Source of the DNA: Octopus sinensis
Lineage: Eukaryota
Length of the DNA stretch: 64,000 nt
Direction of reading: 5' to 3'
Assembly: GCF_006345805.1 (NCBI RefSeq)
Contig: NC_043006.1
Span: 51,708,001-51,772,000, forward strand
A model generated the notes under the pieces. That model saw nothing but the letters and a program-made list of their open reading frames with translations, did no database searches and was not told the DNA's origin. The position numbers and the translations under genes are program-made. Below, in pieces: positions 49,951 through 60,627 of this stretch (position 1 is the stretch's first letter; every line of letters starts with the position of its first letter).

Positions 49951-50213
49951 AATAGAACCTTAACCATATCTAACTCATCATTCTCAGAGAGACTGTTGAG
50001 ATTATGGGTAATGCTCCTTTCTCCAGACAGATCCAACTCTACACACACACACACACACACATGTGTCTGTCTGTCCATCTATCTGTCTGTCTGTGTATAT
50101 ATAATAAATACTGTGACTTGTATGTTTACTCTGCGTGAACTCTGCTAAATCCTGGCTTATAGGTAGAAACAGTTGGAAGAATTGCAACAATATATTAAGA
50201 CATACTTTAAATA

Positions 50214-50780
50214 TTGGGTTGTCCGGAAAGTTCGTGCTGATTTATAGTAGCTTGTGTTTTGACTTATTTTAGAACATGGTTGAGTCCATAAAATAGGATT
50301 TGACTACACCTCCATTTAGGGTACAGTTTAAGCTATCTTTTCATGGAAGAAGGTTTATGTTCCTATAACCTGTGTTAATTCTGTAACCTTTTAAAATGGA
50401 AGATAAGAAAGTTCATTTTCGGCTCTTGATGCTTTGGGAACCAGACAAAAACTGCTGCAGCTCGGCTGGGATGTGTTACCCCACACTCCATATTTACCAG
50501 ATATTGCTCCTTCGGATTTCCATTTATTCAGGTCTCTGCAGAATAGTCTTAATAGTAAAAATTTCAGTTCCTAGGATGACGTAAAAAGATACTGTGATGA
50601 ATTCTTTGCCATGAAATCACCTCAATTCTGGGAAGAGGTTTATTTTCAAGTTAAAGGAAAGATGGAGACACATTGTGCAACAAGATGGTTCATATTTGGT
50701 TGATTAAAAATGTAATGGCAAGTATTTATTGACCTTTTTCTTTCCTTTAAAAATCGGCACAAACTTTCTGGACAACCCAA
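50214..50780 (+). mobile_element. Second copy of the internally deleted mariner, opposite orientation, TA TSD
   Basis: Same TIRs and same internal deletion as 35607-36168. Confidence 0.93.
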
Positions 50781-51438
50781 TAATTTCACCAGTACGAACT
50801 CTTTTAAAATATGCAAGGGTTAAACTGTGATCTTAAACTGGATGATGGATTAAGCATTCAGAATAAGATCAGGTACTGTCTGCCAGGTTTTCTCACAGTT
50901 TTTGTTAGATTCTGTCAAAAATACTGGGTGAACATGACGCTATGCTAGAAGACACTTGACTAAGATGCTGTGCACTGAAATCAAGCTTGTAACTAAGTGA
51001 CTGAGGATTTATACAGCCAAACTTGTATATGTGAATTTAACTAATAATATTTGACTTTATGATTTTGTGATTTAATAATGTTACATTCTGGTGACTGAGT
51101 TAAATTATTCCATCTGTTGACTAGGATTGTTCACAATTTCTACATTTTACTTCTGTATGCCTATGTAAACCAATAATTCTATTGTTATAAGTTATAAGTT
51201 ATCTCTTCTAGAATGTAATGATGGTACTACATAAAAAAAAAAGAAATAACAACAAAAAGACACTCATAAATAAGTAAAACTAAATCGAGGGTAGTTTAAA
51301 TAATATTTTGTTTGTAAGGTGTTTATTTATAGTAAATAGTTGTGAATCAGATGTAAAATGGCTATCTTTCTGAAACATTGTTTTGGAAAATTCTTCAAGA
51401 CACCTTCTCTTTTTCCTTTTTTAAATTTCAAATTTAAG

Positions 51439-51543
51439 ACCCGGATGTTTCATTGGAGGAAGATAAATCTGAAGCTGAAGGTTCCAAAGAAGAAATTTTA
51501 AGTCCTGAAAAACAAATGGAATTGTTAAGGATTTCTGAAAAAG
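51439..51543 (+). CDS. CFAP119: CFAP119-like coding exon (DPDVSLGEDKSEAEGSKEEILSPEKQMELLRISEK), phase 1 to 1
   Basis: ttaag acceptor, G|gtttgt donor; acidic linker, phases consistent. Confidence 0.72.
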
Positions 51544-52345
51544 GTTTGTTAGCTAACACTTTAAATAGATAGAGATAATTTTCCATACTTTTAACTTAAT
51601 AGTTAGACTATATATCTACAATATTTATATATACACTAGATTTTGATTTTTTGATTGGTATCAAAACAAAGAGTCATGGAACTGCTAGTACAAGGAAATT
51701 AATAAGGAAATTTATGAGAGTGAGGGCCTTCTTCATACAGACTCAACAGAGGGACTAGCCACTGAAGTTTCTATCTATGCAGTCAAAAACGTGGTAGTTG
51801 GACTACTTTGTAATATTGTGGTCATGTACAATCTATTACATTATATAACACAATATTGCAATAACCTATATGTAGTTGCTCATTATATCTTGTCTCCTGT
51901 TAAGTTACATAACACAATTTTGTATTATAAAATTTCTCTGATGTTCCGACATCCCTCTCCCTTCTACATCACTTGTCATTTCTCATCATCTCTCACCTCT
52001 TCTCCACCATTCTTGAAATTCTTGTGCCAGCAATAAATAGATGCTCAGCTCAAAGAAGTTAATTTATAAGCAGTGTGAAGCATTTCATAAGTTTTTGTAG
52101 TGGTTTTGCTCAGTTTAACAAAACTTTATTGCATAGCAAGCTTCTAAATTGTCTTCACATCCTGATTTGTTTGCATTCTGCAAACTAGTCCACTATGACA
52201 AACAGTGTTTAGTGGGGTCTGTTCAAAATACTCTTAAATCCAGCTCCTTCAATCTGGAATATAAAAAAAGTTGACAGGTCAGCTTGTTAGCTGTAGTTGG
52301 CATCAATCAGTCTTGAGAGGCCATGGATCTGTGCCTGAATAAAGC

Positions 52346-52548
52346 ATGGAAACATGCAAATGCTTTTGTATGTAATTATGTCATACCCGGTTACAGTGAA
52401 TCAAGATTAAAAAAAATAGCAAATGAAATAGCTAAGATTAGCAAAGATAGTCAAACCTACACGCATAATTTTAGCAAACAATATATTAGATGACAGAATT
52501 CTTTTAGTGATTAACTGGCACCGACATTTCGCTGGCATTTCATCTGCT
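52346..52548 (+). mobile_element. Penelope-like fragment
   Basis: Near-identical to ~59545-59745. Confidence 0.85.
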
Positions 52549-52769
52549 GTGGCTGTACAAGCCCACAAATGGAGTGGCAGTCATGCATACAGTGACTGCA
52601 TTTCAAGGAGCTCTCTGCTGGTGCTGCTGGGTTTTTCTTCTGTTGAGTGCACTTACCTTGTATTATGCTATGTTGTACATACATTATACAATAGAGTAAA
52701 AAAAGAATTGCAAATAGAGTTATGTAATGTGAATATGTTTCCCAGGTAGCTTATTGAAAACATTTGATC

Positions 52770-53110
52770 ATGCATCTTAGTCAGAATACTGAGCTCATTT
52801 GGCTCCTTATTGATATCCCATTGGTTGTTAAGATTGTCTGACTACTTATCCTTATTTATTGACTGGGATATTTAAACATACTGGGTGAGTCGAAAGTAGT
52901 GCCCAATTCCTGTTTTAGAGTTGATATGTATGACTTCCCAGTTGGGAGGTACTTTTGATTCATAATTCTTGTTTTATTGTTTGGGATATCAAAGTGTATT
53001 AACAACATGATACTTGGTCCAGATTTAGTAACATTCAAAACTGTCAGCAAGACAACACAAAGAAAGGCATGATTTTCCCAGAAACTGGGTGCTACTTTTG
53101 TGGCTACTAC
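52770..53110 (-). pseudogene. Degenerate R4/Dong RLE remnant
   Basis: PSIMLLIHFDIP...K...EL spacing resembles RPDI..ID.AIP..KE. Confidence 0.4.
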
Positions 53111-53299
53111 TTGTACTCACCCTGCATTTTATATCTTAGTCAAAATGAAGAGGCACTTCCCTTGATCTTTGCAAACTTCAAAGACTGCAGAGATTGATAC
53201 AGTCGATGTTCTGTTTAAATGTTGATTTCTGGAGAAAAATTTGTGTGGTCAGTGTTTGAGATCATCACATTACCTGCCTCTTAATGATAACTAAACAAT

Positions 53300-53650
<351 letters not shown>

Positions 53651-53660
53651 CACATTCTAG

Positions 53661-53842
53661 AAAAAGCCAGGGCATACCTGAGAAACCTGATTACAGAATT
53701 CTTACAAGGAAAGATCAAGGAAATACAATTGTCAGTTCAAGGAAAGTTGAAAGATTCTGAAAAAATGGTGCATGCTAAACTGGATGAAGCAGGTTACCTC
53801 AAACGAGGAAGACATAGATTAGGCAAATCTGCAAGACACTAG
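53661..53842 (+). CDS. CFAP119: CFAP119-like last coding exon (EKARAYLRNLITEFLQGKIKEIQLSVQGKLKDSEKMVHAKLDEAGYLKRGRHRLGKSARH-stop)
   Basis: ttctag acceptor, phase 1, TAG at 53840-53842; coiled-coil-like C-terminus with basic tail. Confidence 0.83.
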
Positions 53843-53852
53843 CAAAAATCTA

Positions 53853-53858
53853 AATAAA
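53853..53858 (+). terminator. Candidate polyadenylation signal AATAAA
   Basis: 10 nt after the stop codon of the last exon. Confidence 0.5.
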
Positions 53859-53914
53859 TTACCATAACAATATAAATGGAAATATGTGATGGCATTTTAT
53901 TCTTTGCTACAGTA

Positions 53915-53951
<37 letters not shown>

Positions 53952-53975
53952 GTAATAATAATAATAATAATAATT

Positions 53976-54423
53976 ATATGCAGTACCAGGCAGTGGCTCT
54001 CATGGCTTTTGATCTTAACTGATTGAAAGTATTATTATGTACATTGTTTTGTCTTGGTATAAAAGATGGGCTAGAGCAGATATTCTACTCAATACCACAG
54101 ATTTGCTTGTCAGTTGCTCAACCTTAACCAGTTGACCATGTCCCTCAGTGGCTGATGATATGTGCATCTCTGATCATGAGTAGAAGTAGTAGGGGAGCAT
54201 CATAGCCATGTGTTGAGAAGAATTCTTTGGGGTTTGAATAATTCATCTCTGGAAACATTGGTGTTTTGCTCCTCATCTTTAAACAATCTTTATTCAGTGA
54301 CCTTTTGAGCAGGATGGGCTACTCAACCTGAAGGAAATTCTAACTGGGCCTCACCTGCAAGGTTATGTGCTGTTCATGTTGATATAAGATCACTATGTTG
54401 TGCACAGATGGTTGTGATGCATG
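53976..54423 (+). mobile_element. SINE-like family A, plus strand, 3'-truncated, preceded by (AAT)n
   Basis: atatgcagtaccaggcagtggctctcatgg... Confidence 0.88.
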
Positions 54424-54479
54424 TTGAGCGATTGCTTGGAAAAAGTATGGCAAAGTGGAGGACGGAACTTTCTAGCATT

Positions 54480-55345
54480 TTTCTTATGCTTTCGTTTTGC
54501 AATTCCCCTCTACTCAGTCGATCAACATGTCCTAAATTTCTTTTTAACTCTGTTTCTCACAAATGCGCCTATGTCAGTATGGTTTTTTACGTTCTGTTTG
54601 TTCTCTTCTTTTGTATCTAACTCTATCTGTGGCAACCAAAGCTGAAACCCAAATAATCTTGTTAGATGCAGTTATATTTCTCATCTAGTATAGCCCAAAT
54701 ACCAAATCTATCTTTTGGGTTTCAACTTTGAGCATGCGTCGATCAATGTACCTCAGATTGATGTGGGGAGGGTGCTTGATCCTGGTCTTCTCTAATATAT
54801 TGGCACAGCATCCTCACTGTGTCTTGGTCATCATCATATTCTTGTGATACAGCTCTTCCCATTACTTCTGCTTCATTTACTGAGAATGAATTTACATTTG
54901 CACTTTGCTCTACGCCTTCACTGCTGCCGTTCATTTCTCTTTCCTCGATGATCACGTTATCTGTTGGTGAAGTATTATTTCTATTTTCAACTTTCCTTTT
55001 TATCTCTTCAATTTCCACGTCTGTTAACCACCCTTTTGCTCTTATTGCTCTTGCTTGGTTGGCTAACCATTTTGAAGGGTCCTATTTCATTCCATTTTAC
55101 TGTCATACATTGTTGAAACCCCCTTCTACTGGGTTCATACCTGATCCAGCAGTCAATTCCTGTTCGGTTTGCCTCCTTATCCCACCTTCTTCTCTGCCTC
55201 TGACTTTGTGTATAAGCAGTCTCTGGATGATGATCGGGCCTGCGCTGCTCAACCACAGGGCACTTGCTGGGCGAAAGGCTTTCACTTTTGGTTCCAGCCT
55301 CATTAACACCATTATTTGATACATTTGTATTAGACATTTTCATTC
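54480..55345 (-). mobile_element. R4/Dong N-terminal fragment
   Basis: RRRWDKEAN...DCWIRYEPSRRGF...EIEEIKRK, the same N-terminal motif class as 20372..20761. Confidence 0.7.
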
Positions 55346-55427
55346 AACATTGAGGTTTGTGCTTTAAGGTTAGCCACCAACCAGTATTTTTATCGAGACA
55401 CCATCTCTAGTAAGATCATCAACTATT

Positions 55428-55850
55428 GAGTGAGAGAGCAGTGCATACCATGAAAGTGACACTGGGGTAAAATATACAAAGCCCAGTGTACCTATCATGA
55501 CTATCTGTCTGATTAGGGTACATCAGGTACATGTGCGCGACATGGTTATCTCATATCAAGATAAGCAGCACATGATTTTGCAAGTGGGATCCAGTTAGAA
55601 TTTTCTTCAGGTCGAGTAGCCCATCCCACTCAAAAGGTCCCTGAATTAATGTTGTTTAGGGAACGAAACACCCATGTTTCTAAAGGTGAATTATCCAAAC
55701 CCCAAAGACACATGACTATGATGCTTCCCCACTACTTCTGCTTGTGAGCAGAGATGCACATATCGTCAGCCACTGAGGTATATGCTCAGCTGGTTAAGGT
55801 CGAGCAACTGACAAGCAAATCTGTGGTATTGAGCAGAATATTTGCTGTAG

Positions 55851-55852
<2 letters not shown>
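55428..55852 (-). mobile_element. SINE-like family A, 5'-truncated
   Basis: ttgagtgagagagcagtgcat...gagcagaatatttgctgtag. Confidence 0.88.

Positions 55853-55931
<79 letters not shown>
55853..55931. repeat. (TTA)n microsatellite; others at 15604-15645, 23745-23785, 28376-28431, 31306-31367, 56271-56339 and 60560-60627
   Basis: Direct reading. Confidence 0.97.
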
Positions 55932-55932
<1 letters not shown>

Positions 55933-56269
55933 TATGTTTGACTTTTGCTTTACATTTGTACAAATTGGCTCCAAGTCTCACCCAGAGACCTCAAGAGACA
56001 AGTTAGAAGTTCATGTTGGTGTTATGCCTAGGGTGCCATATATTTGGTTTTAAACTTAGTGTTGTACTACTGAAAGTCTAAAAAATCATACGAAAATTAT
56101 ATTTGTTTTAAAACTTGAGATTACATAGAAAGTATTTTGCGTAGGATATGAGCAGTTCCCATGAGCACTATCTTTTGAATTTCTGCCATTTTGGGGGTTT
56201 CCTGGTATCTGAGTTTGCTATCCTTCCCAGGGCACCTGTGACAACAGGTATTGTTTTAGTCTTCAGGTT

Positions 56270-56270
<1 letters not shown>
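55932..56270 (-). mobile_element. R4/Dong 3' fragment, same family as 28432-31305
   Basis: 3' UTR and IVLMGTAHILRKIL end closely match 28432-28805. Confidence 0.88.
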
Positions 56271-56339
<69 letters not shown>

Positions 56340-56341
<2 letters not shown>

Positions 56342-56880
56342 TTTAAAAAGGATTGACGTAACTCTTCACAAAGGTAAACAGTCAAGACGAAGAGCGCGAT
56401 TCGATTGTAAGATATTTTATTAGTTGAATGATATTTCAACAGTACGTCTGTCTTTGTCAAGTTCAAAATAAGAAGTGATAAAAATTCAAAATTACAGAAA
56501 TTTAAACGTAAAGTATGAACGAGAGCAACCAGTGTCCTCACGTTGATGGAATGACATCATCATCAACGCTAGTTTTTGAAAAACTAGACGTAAATTTTAT
56601 GTTGGACTTTATGACGTGGGCTTGCAAAATAACTCTGCCACTATTCTGCCTCAAGAAAACTTGACTTTTTTGTCCAACATAAAATTTACGTCTAGTTTTA
56701 CAAAAACTAACGTTGAATTTTTGGACACAAAAGTCAAGTTTTCTGGAGACAGAATAGTGACGGAGTTATTTTGCAAGCCCACGTCATCCCACATTTATCT
56801 CCACTGCCTCTTCGATCATCCACATCATCTTATTCGAAATCCCAATTTTTGAGGATAAAACGGATTTGTAATCAAGAAAT
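56340..56880 (+). mobile_element. Penelope-like element, left part: inverted pLTR (56340-56590, minus strand) plus RT fragment (~56600-56880, plus strand)
   Basis: IKFT...VEFLDTKVK...TELFCKPT..HIYLH...HP and QFLRIKRICNQE; 56380-56560 is the reverse complement of 60380-60560. Confidence 0.88.
56424..56466 (-). ncRNA. Minimal type I hammerhead ribozyme motif (inverted pLTR copy)
   Basis: TTGAAC TTGACAA A GACAG acgta CTGTT GAAA TATC ATTCAA; the first 3' stem I base is G to A. Confidence 0.6.
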
Positions 56881-59535
56881 TTGATGAGAGGGAGGAGGAG
56901 CTACAGACGTCGGACATAGAAGGTAGCTGGAAATTCCTACGGGACAGCTTGCTGAGTGCCACAGACCAAGTCTGTGGATGGTGCAAAGTCCCTTCCAGAC
57001 CTAGAGTTACGTCGTGGTAGAATAGTGCAGTAGACAAAGCCATTAGTGCAAGGAAACAGGCCTGGAGAGCCTGGAGGGATGGGGGTAGCAGGGAACCGTA
57101 CCAAGTAGCCAAAAGGGAGGCCGGGCGGCAGGTATACATAGCCAAAGATATAGCAGAAAAGAAGAAGTTTGCCAATGTCCAGCGACGTGAGGACCAAAGA
57201 ACTGAGGTATTTCGGATTGCTAGACAGTGTGTGAGAGAAAATAGTGATGTCACAGGAGAGAAATGTGTCCGCATGGATGATGGGGCACTTGCTTTTAATG
57301 TTGGTGAAAAGAAAGAGGCTTGGAGAAGCCATTATGAAAGACTGGTGAATGTGGAGAATGAATGGGAGGAGGAGAGTCTGCCAAATGTTGACCCAGTAGA
57401 GGGACCAGCTATCCAAATAGACAGCTCCCTTGTAGTTAAGGCAATTAAGGGTATGAAACCAGGTAAAGCCCCCAGCCCATCAAGTATCACTGCTGAGATG
57501 CTTAAAACAGCTGGTTATGTGGGCTATGGCCTAGTCACCCGCATTGTAAACCAGGTAGTTTATAATGGAGTCATACCCAATGACTGGCGTAGCAGCACCA
57601 TAGTCAACTGCTACAAGGGTAAGGGTGATGCTCTAGATAGAAATAACTACAGGGGTATTAAACTGTTGGATCAGGTGATGAAGGTCACAGAGAGAGTCAT
57701 AACCCATCTCATTAGGGAGAGAATTTGCTTAGATGAGATGCAGTTCGGTTTTGTGCCGGGTAGAAGCACCACTGATGCTATATTTCTGGTCCGACAACTG
57801 CAGGAGAAGTACCTAGCTAAAGATAAACCCCTCTACATAGCTTTTGTGGACTTGGAGAAAGCCTTTGACAGGGTTCCCCGATCCCTTATCTGGTGGTCGA
57901 TGCGGAAACTGGAGATTGACGAATGGCTAATAAGTGCTGTACAGGCTCTATACAGAGAGGCTGTCAGCAAGGTTAGGATTGGCAACGAATATAGTGAAGA
58001 ATTCCGGGTAGAAGTAGGTGTACACCAAGGCTCAGCCCTCGGTCCCCTTTTATTCATCATACTCCTCCAGGCAATAACAGAGGAATTCAAAACAGGATGC
58101 CCCTGGGAGCTCCTCTATGCTGATGACCTGGCTCTCATAGCAGAATCACTACCGGAACTAGAAAAGAAATTTCGGGTGTGGAAACAAGGGTTAGAATCAA
58201 AGGGCCTTAGAATAAATGTAGCGAAGACCAAAGTTATAGTAAGCAGAAAGGCAAACTTAGCACACACCCCATCGGGCAGGTGGCCCTGCTCGATCTGTAG
58301 GAAAGGTGTAGGTAGAAACTCCATAAGATGCACCCAGTGTAAGCTATGGACGCATAAGAGGTGCAGCAACATCAAAGGGAAATTAACTGATAAGATAGCT
58401 TTCATGTGCGGCAGATGCACAGGGACAATAGACACCACAAATACTCAGAAAACAGATTCCATCACACTCCAGGGGGAGAAACTAGAAGTAGTTGATAGTT
58501 TCCGCTACCTGGGTGACCAAGTTAGTAGTGGAGGTGGATGCTCAGACAGTGTCACCACTAGAATACGAATATACTGGGCAAAGTTTAGAAAGCTCCTACC
58601 CCTACTGGCGACAAAGGGTCTCTCACTCAGAGTGAAAGGTAGATTGTATGATGCATGTGTGCGAACTGCCATGCTTCACGGTAGTGAAACATGGGCCGTG
58701 ACAGCAGAGGACATGCGTAGACTTGAAAGAAGTGAAGCTAGCATGATCCGCTGGATGCGTAATGTCAGTGTGAATGCGCGACAGAGTGTAAGCACCCTGA
58801 GAGAAATGCTAGACATAAGAAGCATCAGATGCGGTGTGCAAGAGCGACGCTTGCGATGGTATGGTCATGTACTGCGGATGGATGAGGAGAAATGTGTGAA
58901 GAAGTGCCGCTCCCAAACAGTTGAAGGAATCAGGGGTGAGGTAGACCCAGGAAGACATGGGATGAGGTAGTCAAACATGACCTCAGAGCGTTGGACCTCA
59001 CTGAGGCAATGGCGAAGGACCTAGATCTCTGGAGATGTGCTGTGACTACAAAGACCCGGGATGCTTCCGGCACCAGTTCCGCATAGCCCCTGCCCGTTCA
59101 AAGTACCTTGGATCCCGGAACATCTCGCTGTGCTTGAGGAGACCTGTTGAGACAAGTGCATGTACATGAACATCGAAACAAATATCAATGGAAATAGTAG
59201 TTGTGATACCTGTGCCGGTGGCACATAAAAAGCACCATCCGAACGTGGCCGTTGCCAGCGCCGCCTCGACTGTCTTCTGTGCCGGTGGCACATAAAAAGC
59301 ACCATCCGAACGTGGCCGATGCCAGACCCCCCCCTGGCACCTGTGCAGGTGGCACGTAAAAAGCACCCATTACACTCGCGGAGGGTTGGCGTAAGGAAGG
59401 GCATCCAGCTGTAGAAACACTGCCAGATCAGACTGGAGCCTGGTGCAGCTCCTGGCTTCCCAGACCCCGGTCGAACCGTCCAACCCGTGCTAGCGCGGAA
59501 AACGGACGTTAAACGATGATGATGATGATGATGAT
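56881..59535 (+). mobile_element. 5'-truncated RTE-clade LINE with (GAT)n tail, nested in the Penelope element
   Basis: RT ORF 57231..58970; 3' end acggacgttaaac(gat)n. Confidence 0.93.
57231..58970 (+). CDS. RTE reverse transcriptase (no APE) with C4HC3 finger; C-terminal frameshift near 58935
   Basis: NNYRGIKLL, FVDLEKAFDRVPR, GVHQGSALGPLLF, YADD, FRYLG, RRLRWYGHVLRM. Confidence 0.88.
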   Translation: MRENSDVTGEKCVRMDDGALAFNVGEKKEAWRSHYERLVNVENEWEEESLPNVDPVEGPAIQIDSSLVVKAIKGMKPGKAPSPSSITAEMLKTAGYVGYGLVTRIVNQVVYNGVIPNDWRSSTIVNCYKGKGDALDRNNYRGIKLLDQVMKVTERVITHLIRERICLDEMQFGFVPGRSTTDAIFLVRQLQEKYLAKDKPLYIAFVDLEKAFDRVPRSLIWWSMRKLEIDEWLISAVQALYREAVSKVRIGNEYSEEFRVEVGVHQGSALGPLLFIILLQAITEEFKTGCPWELLYADDLALIAESLPELEKKFRVWKQGLESKGLRINVAKTKVIVSRKANLAHTPSGRWPCSICRKGVGRNSIRCTQCKLWTHKRCSNIKGKLTDKIAFMCGRCTGTIDTTNTQKTDSITLQGEKLEVVDSFRYLGDQVSSGGGCSDSVTTRIRIYWAKFRKLLPLLATKGLSLRVKGRLYDACVRTAMLHGSETWAVTAEDMRRLERSEASMIRWMRNVSVNARQSVSTLREMLDIRSIRCGVQERRLRWYGHVLRMDEEKCVKKCRSQTVEGIRGEVDPGRHGMR

Positions 59536-60560
59536 AGGGGATTACTGGAAACATGCAAATGCTTTTGTATGTAATTATGTCAAACGCGGTTACAGTGAAT
59601 CACGGTTAAAGAAAATAGCAAATGAAATAGCTAAGATTAGCAAAGATAATCAAATCTACACGCATAATTTTAGCAAGCACAATACATTAGATGACAGAAT
59701 TCTTTTAGTGATTAACTGGCACCGACATTTCGCTGGCATTTCAAAAGTGTTGTCTGCAAGTTACCAGCATGTGGCGAAAAAATATCCTCGTTTCAAACAG
59801 ATATTTCCTCAGCCGCCTATTGTAGCCTTTAGACGGAATAAGAATATAAGAGAATTATTGACCTCTATAACTGACTCAAAGAAAACGAACACTTGAGTAT
59901 CTGCACGCTGTACCTTAAAGAACAGCCGCAAGAGAGGTAAGCTCTGCTCATCGTGCAACAACATAAGTGAAATGGATTCCATCAGAAATCATAACAGAAA
60001 TTTATGTTGGTTGTACAACACAGAACAATTAAACAAAAGGTTTAATGGGCACAGATTCGACGTCAGGCACAATAACAGTAGTTTGATAGAACTTGCTGAA
60101 CATTTCGTTTCAAGCGGCTGCAATTGTGAAAAAGACTTGAAAGTACATATTCTCAGAAAATATTCTGTATCTGTTTCCACTTTCACTTTTCAGAATGTGT
60201 GAAGAGAAATATTTGCGGGTTTATTAACATCACGCCCTTGAGGAATGAATAAGATGACAGGAGAATATCATCAAATTTATACACAACTGTTTGATTAAAT
60301 ATTCTTCTTTCTCTCTTTTTCTTTCCTTTTTTTCTGTCTTTTTTCTTTTCGCCTGTTATAAAACTGTAACTTAAAAACTGATGATGTCATTCCATCAACG
60401 TGTGGACACTGGTTGCTCTCGTTCATACTTTACGTTTAAATTTCTATAATTTTGAATTTTTATCACTTCTTATTTTGAACTTGACAAAGACAGACGTACT
60501 GTTGAAATATCGTTCAACTAATAAACTATCTCACAATCGAATCGCGCTCTTCGTCTTGAC
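59536..60560 (+). mobile_element. Penelope-like element, right part: RT thumb, degenerate GIY-YIG endonuclease, 3' pLTR
   Basis: DYWKHANAF..YVKRGYS, PPIVAFRRNKNIRELL, YVGCTT/EQLNKRFNGHR, LAEHF. Confidence 0.88.
60475..60517 (+). ncRNA. Minimal type I hammerhead ribozyme motif, U3-A8 core variant
   Basis: Stem I TTGAAC/GTTCAA; core TTGACAA; A; stem II GACAG/CTGTT; GAAA; palindromic ATAT stem III; predicted cleavage after C60511. Confidence 0.72.
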
Positions 60561-60607
<47 letters not shown>

Positions 60608-60627
60608 TATTATTATTATTATTATTA

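Noticed and set aside
55754-56423. Poly-Y, poly-I and poly-N ORFs (also 23692, 28356, 31132, 60400)
   Set aside because: Read-through of (TTA)n tracts
59210-59370. Repeat-spacer-like array resembling CRISPR
   Set aside because: Only 2.5 units, the spacers are related to each other, it lies in a LINE 3' UTR in eukaryotic DNA, and there are no cas genes
60378-60384. Canonical CTGATGA hammerhead core
   Set aside because: No downstream stem II or GAAA, and the inverted copy differs at this site
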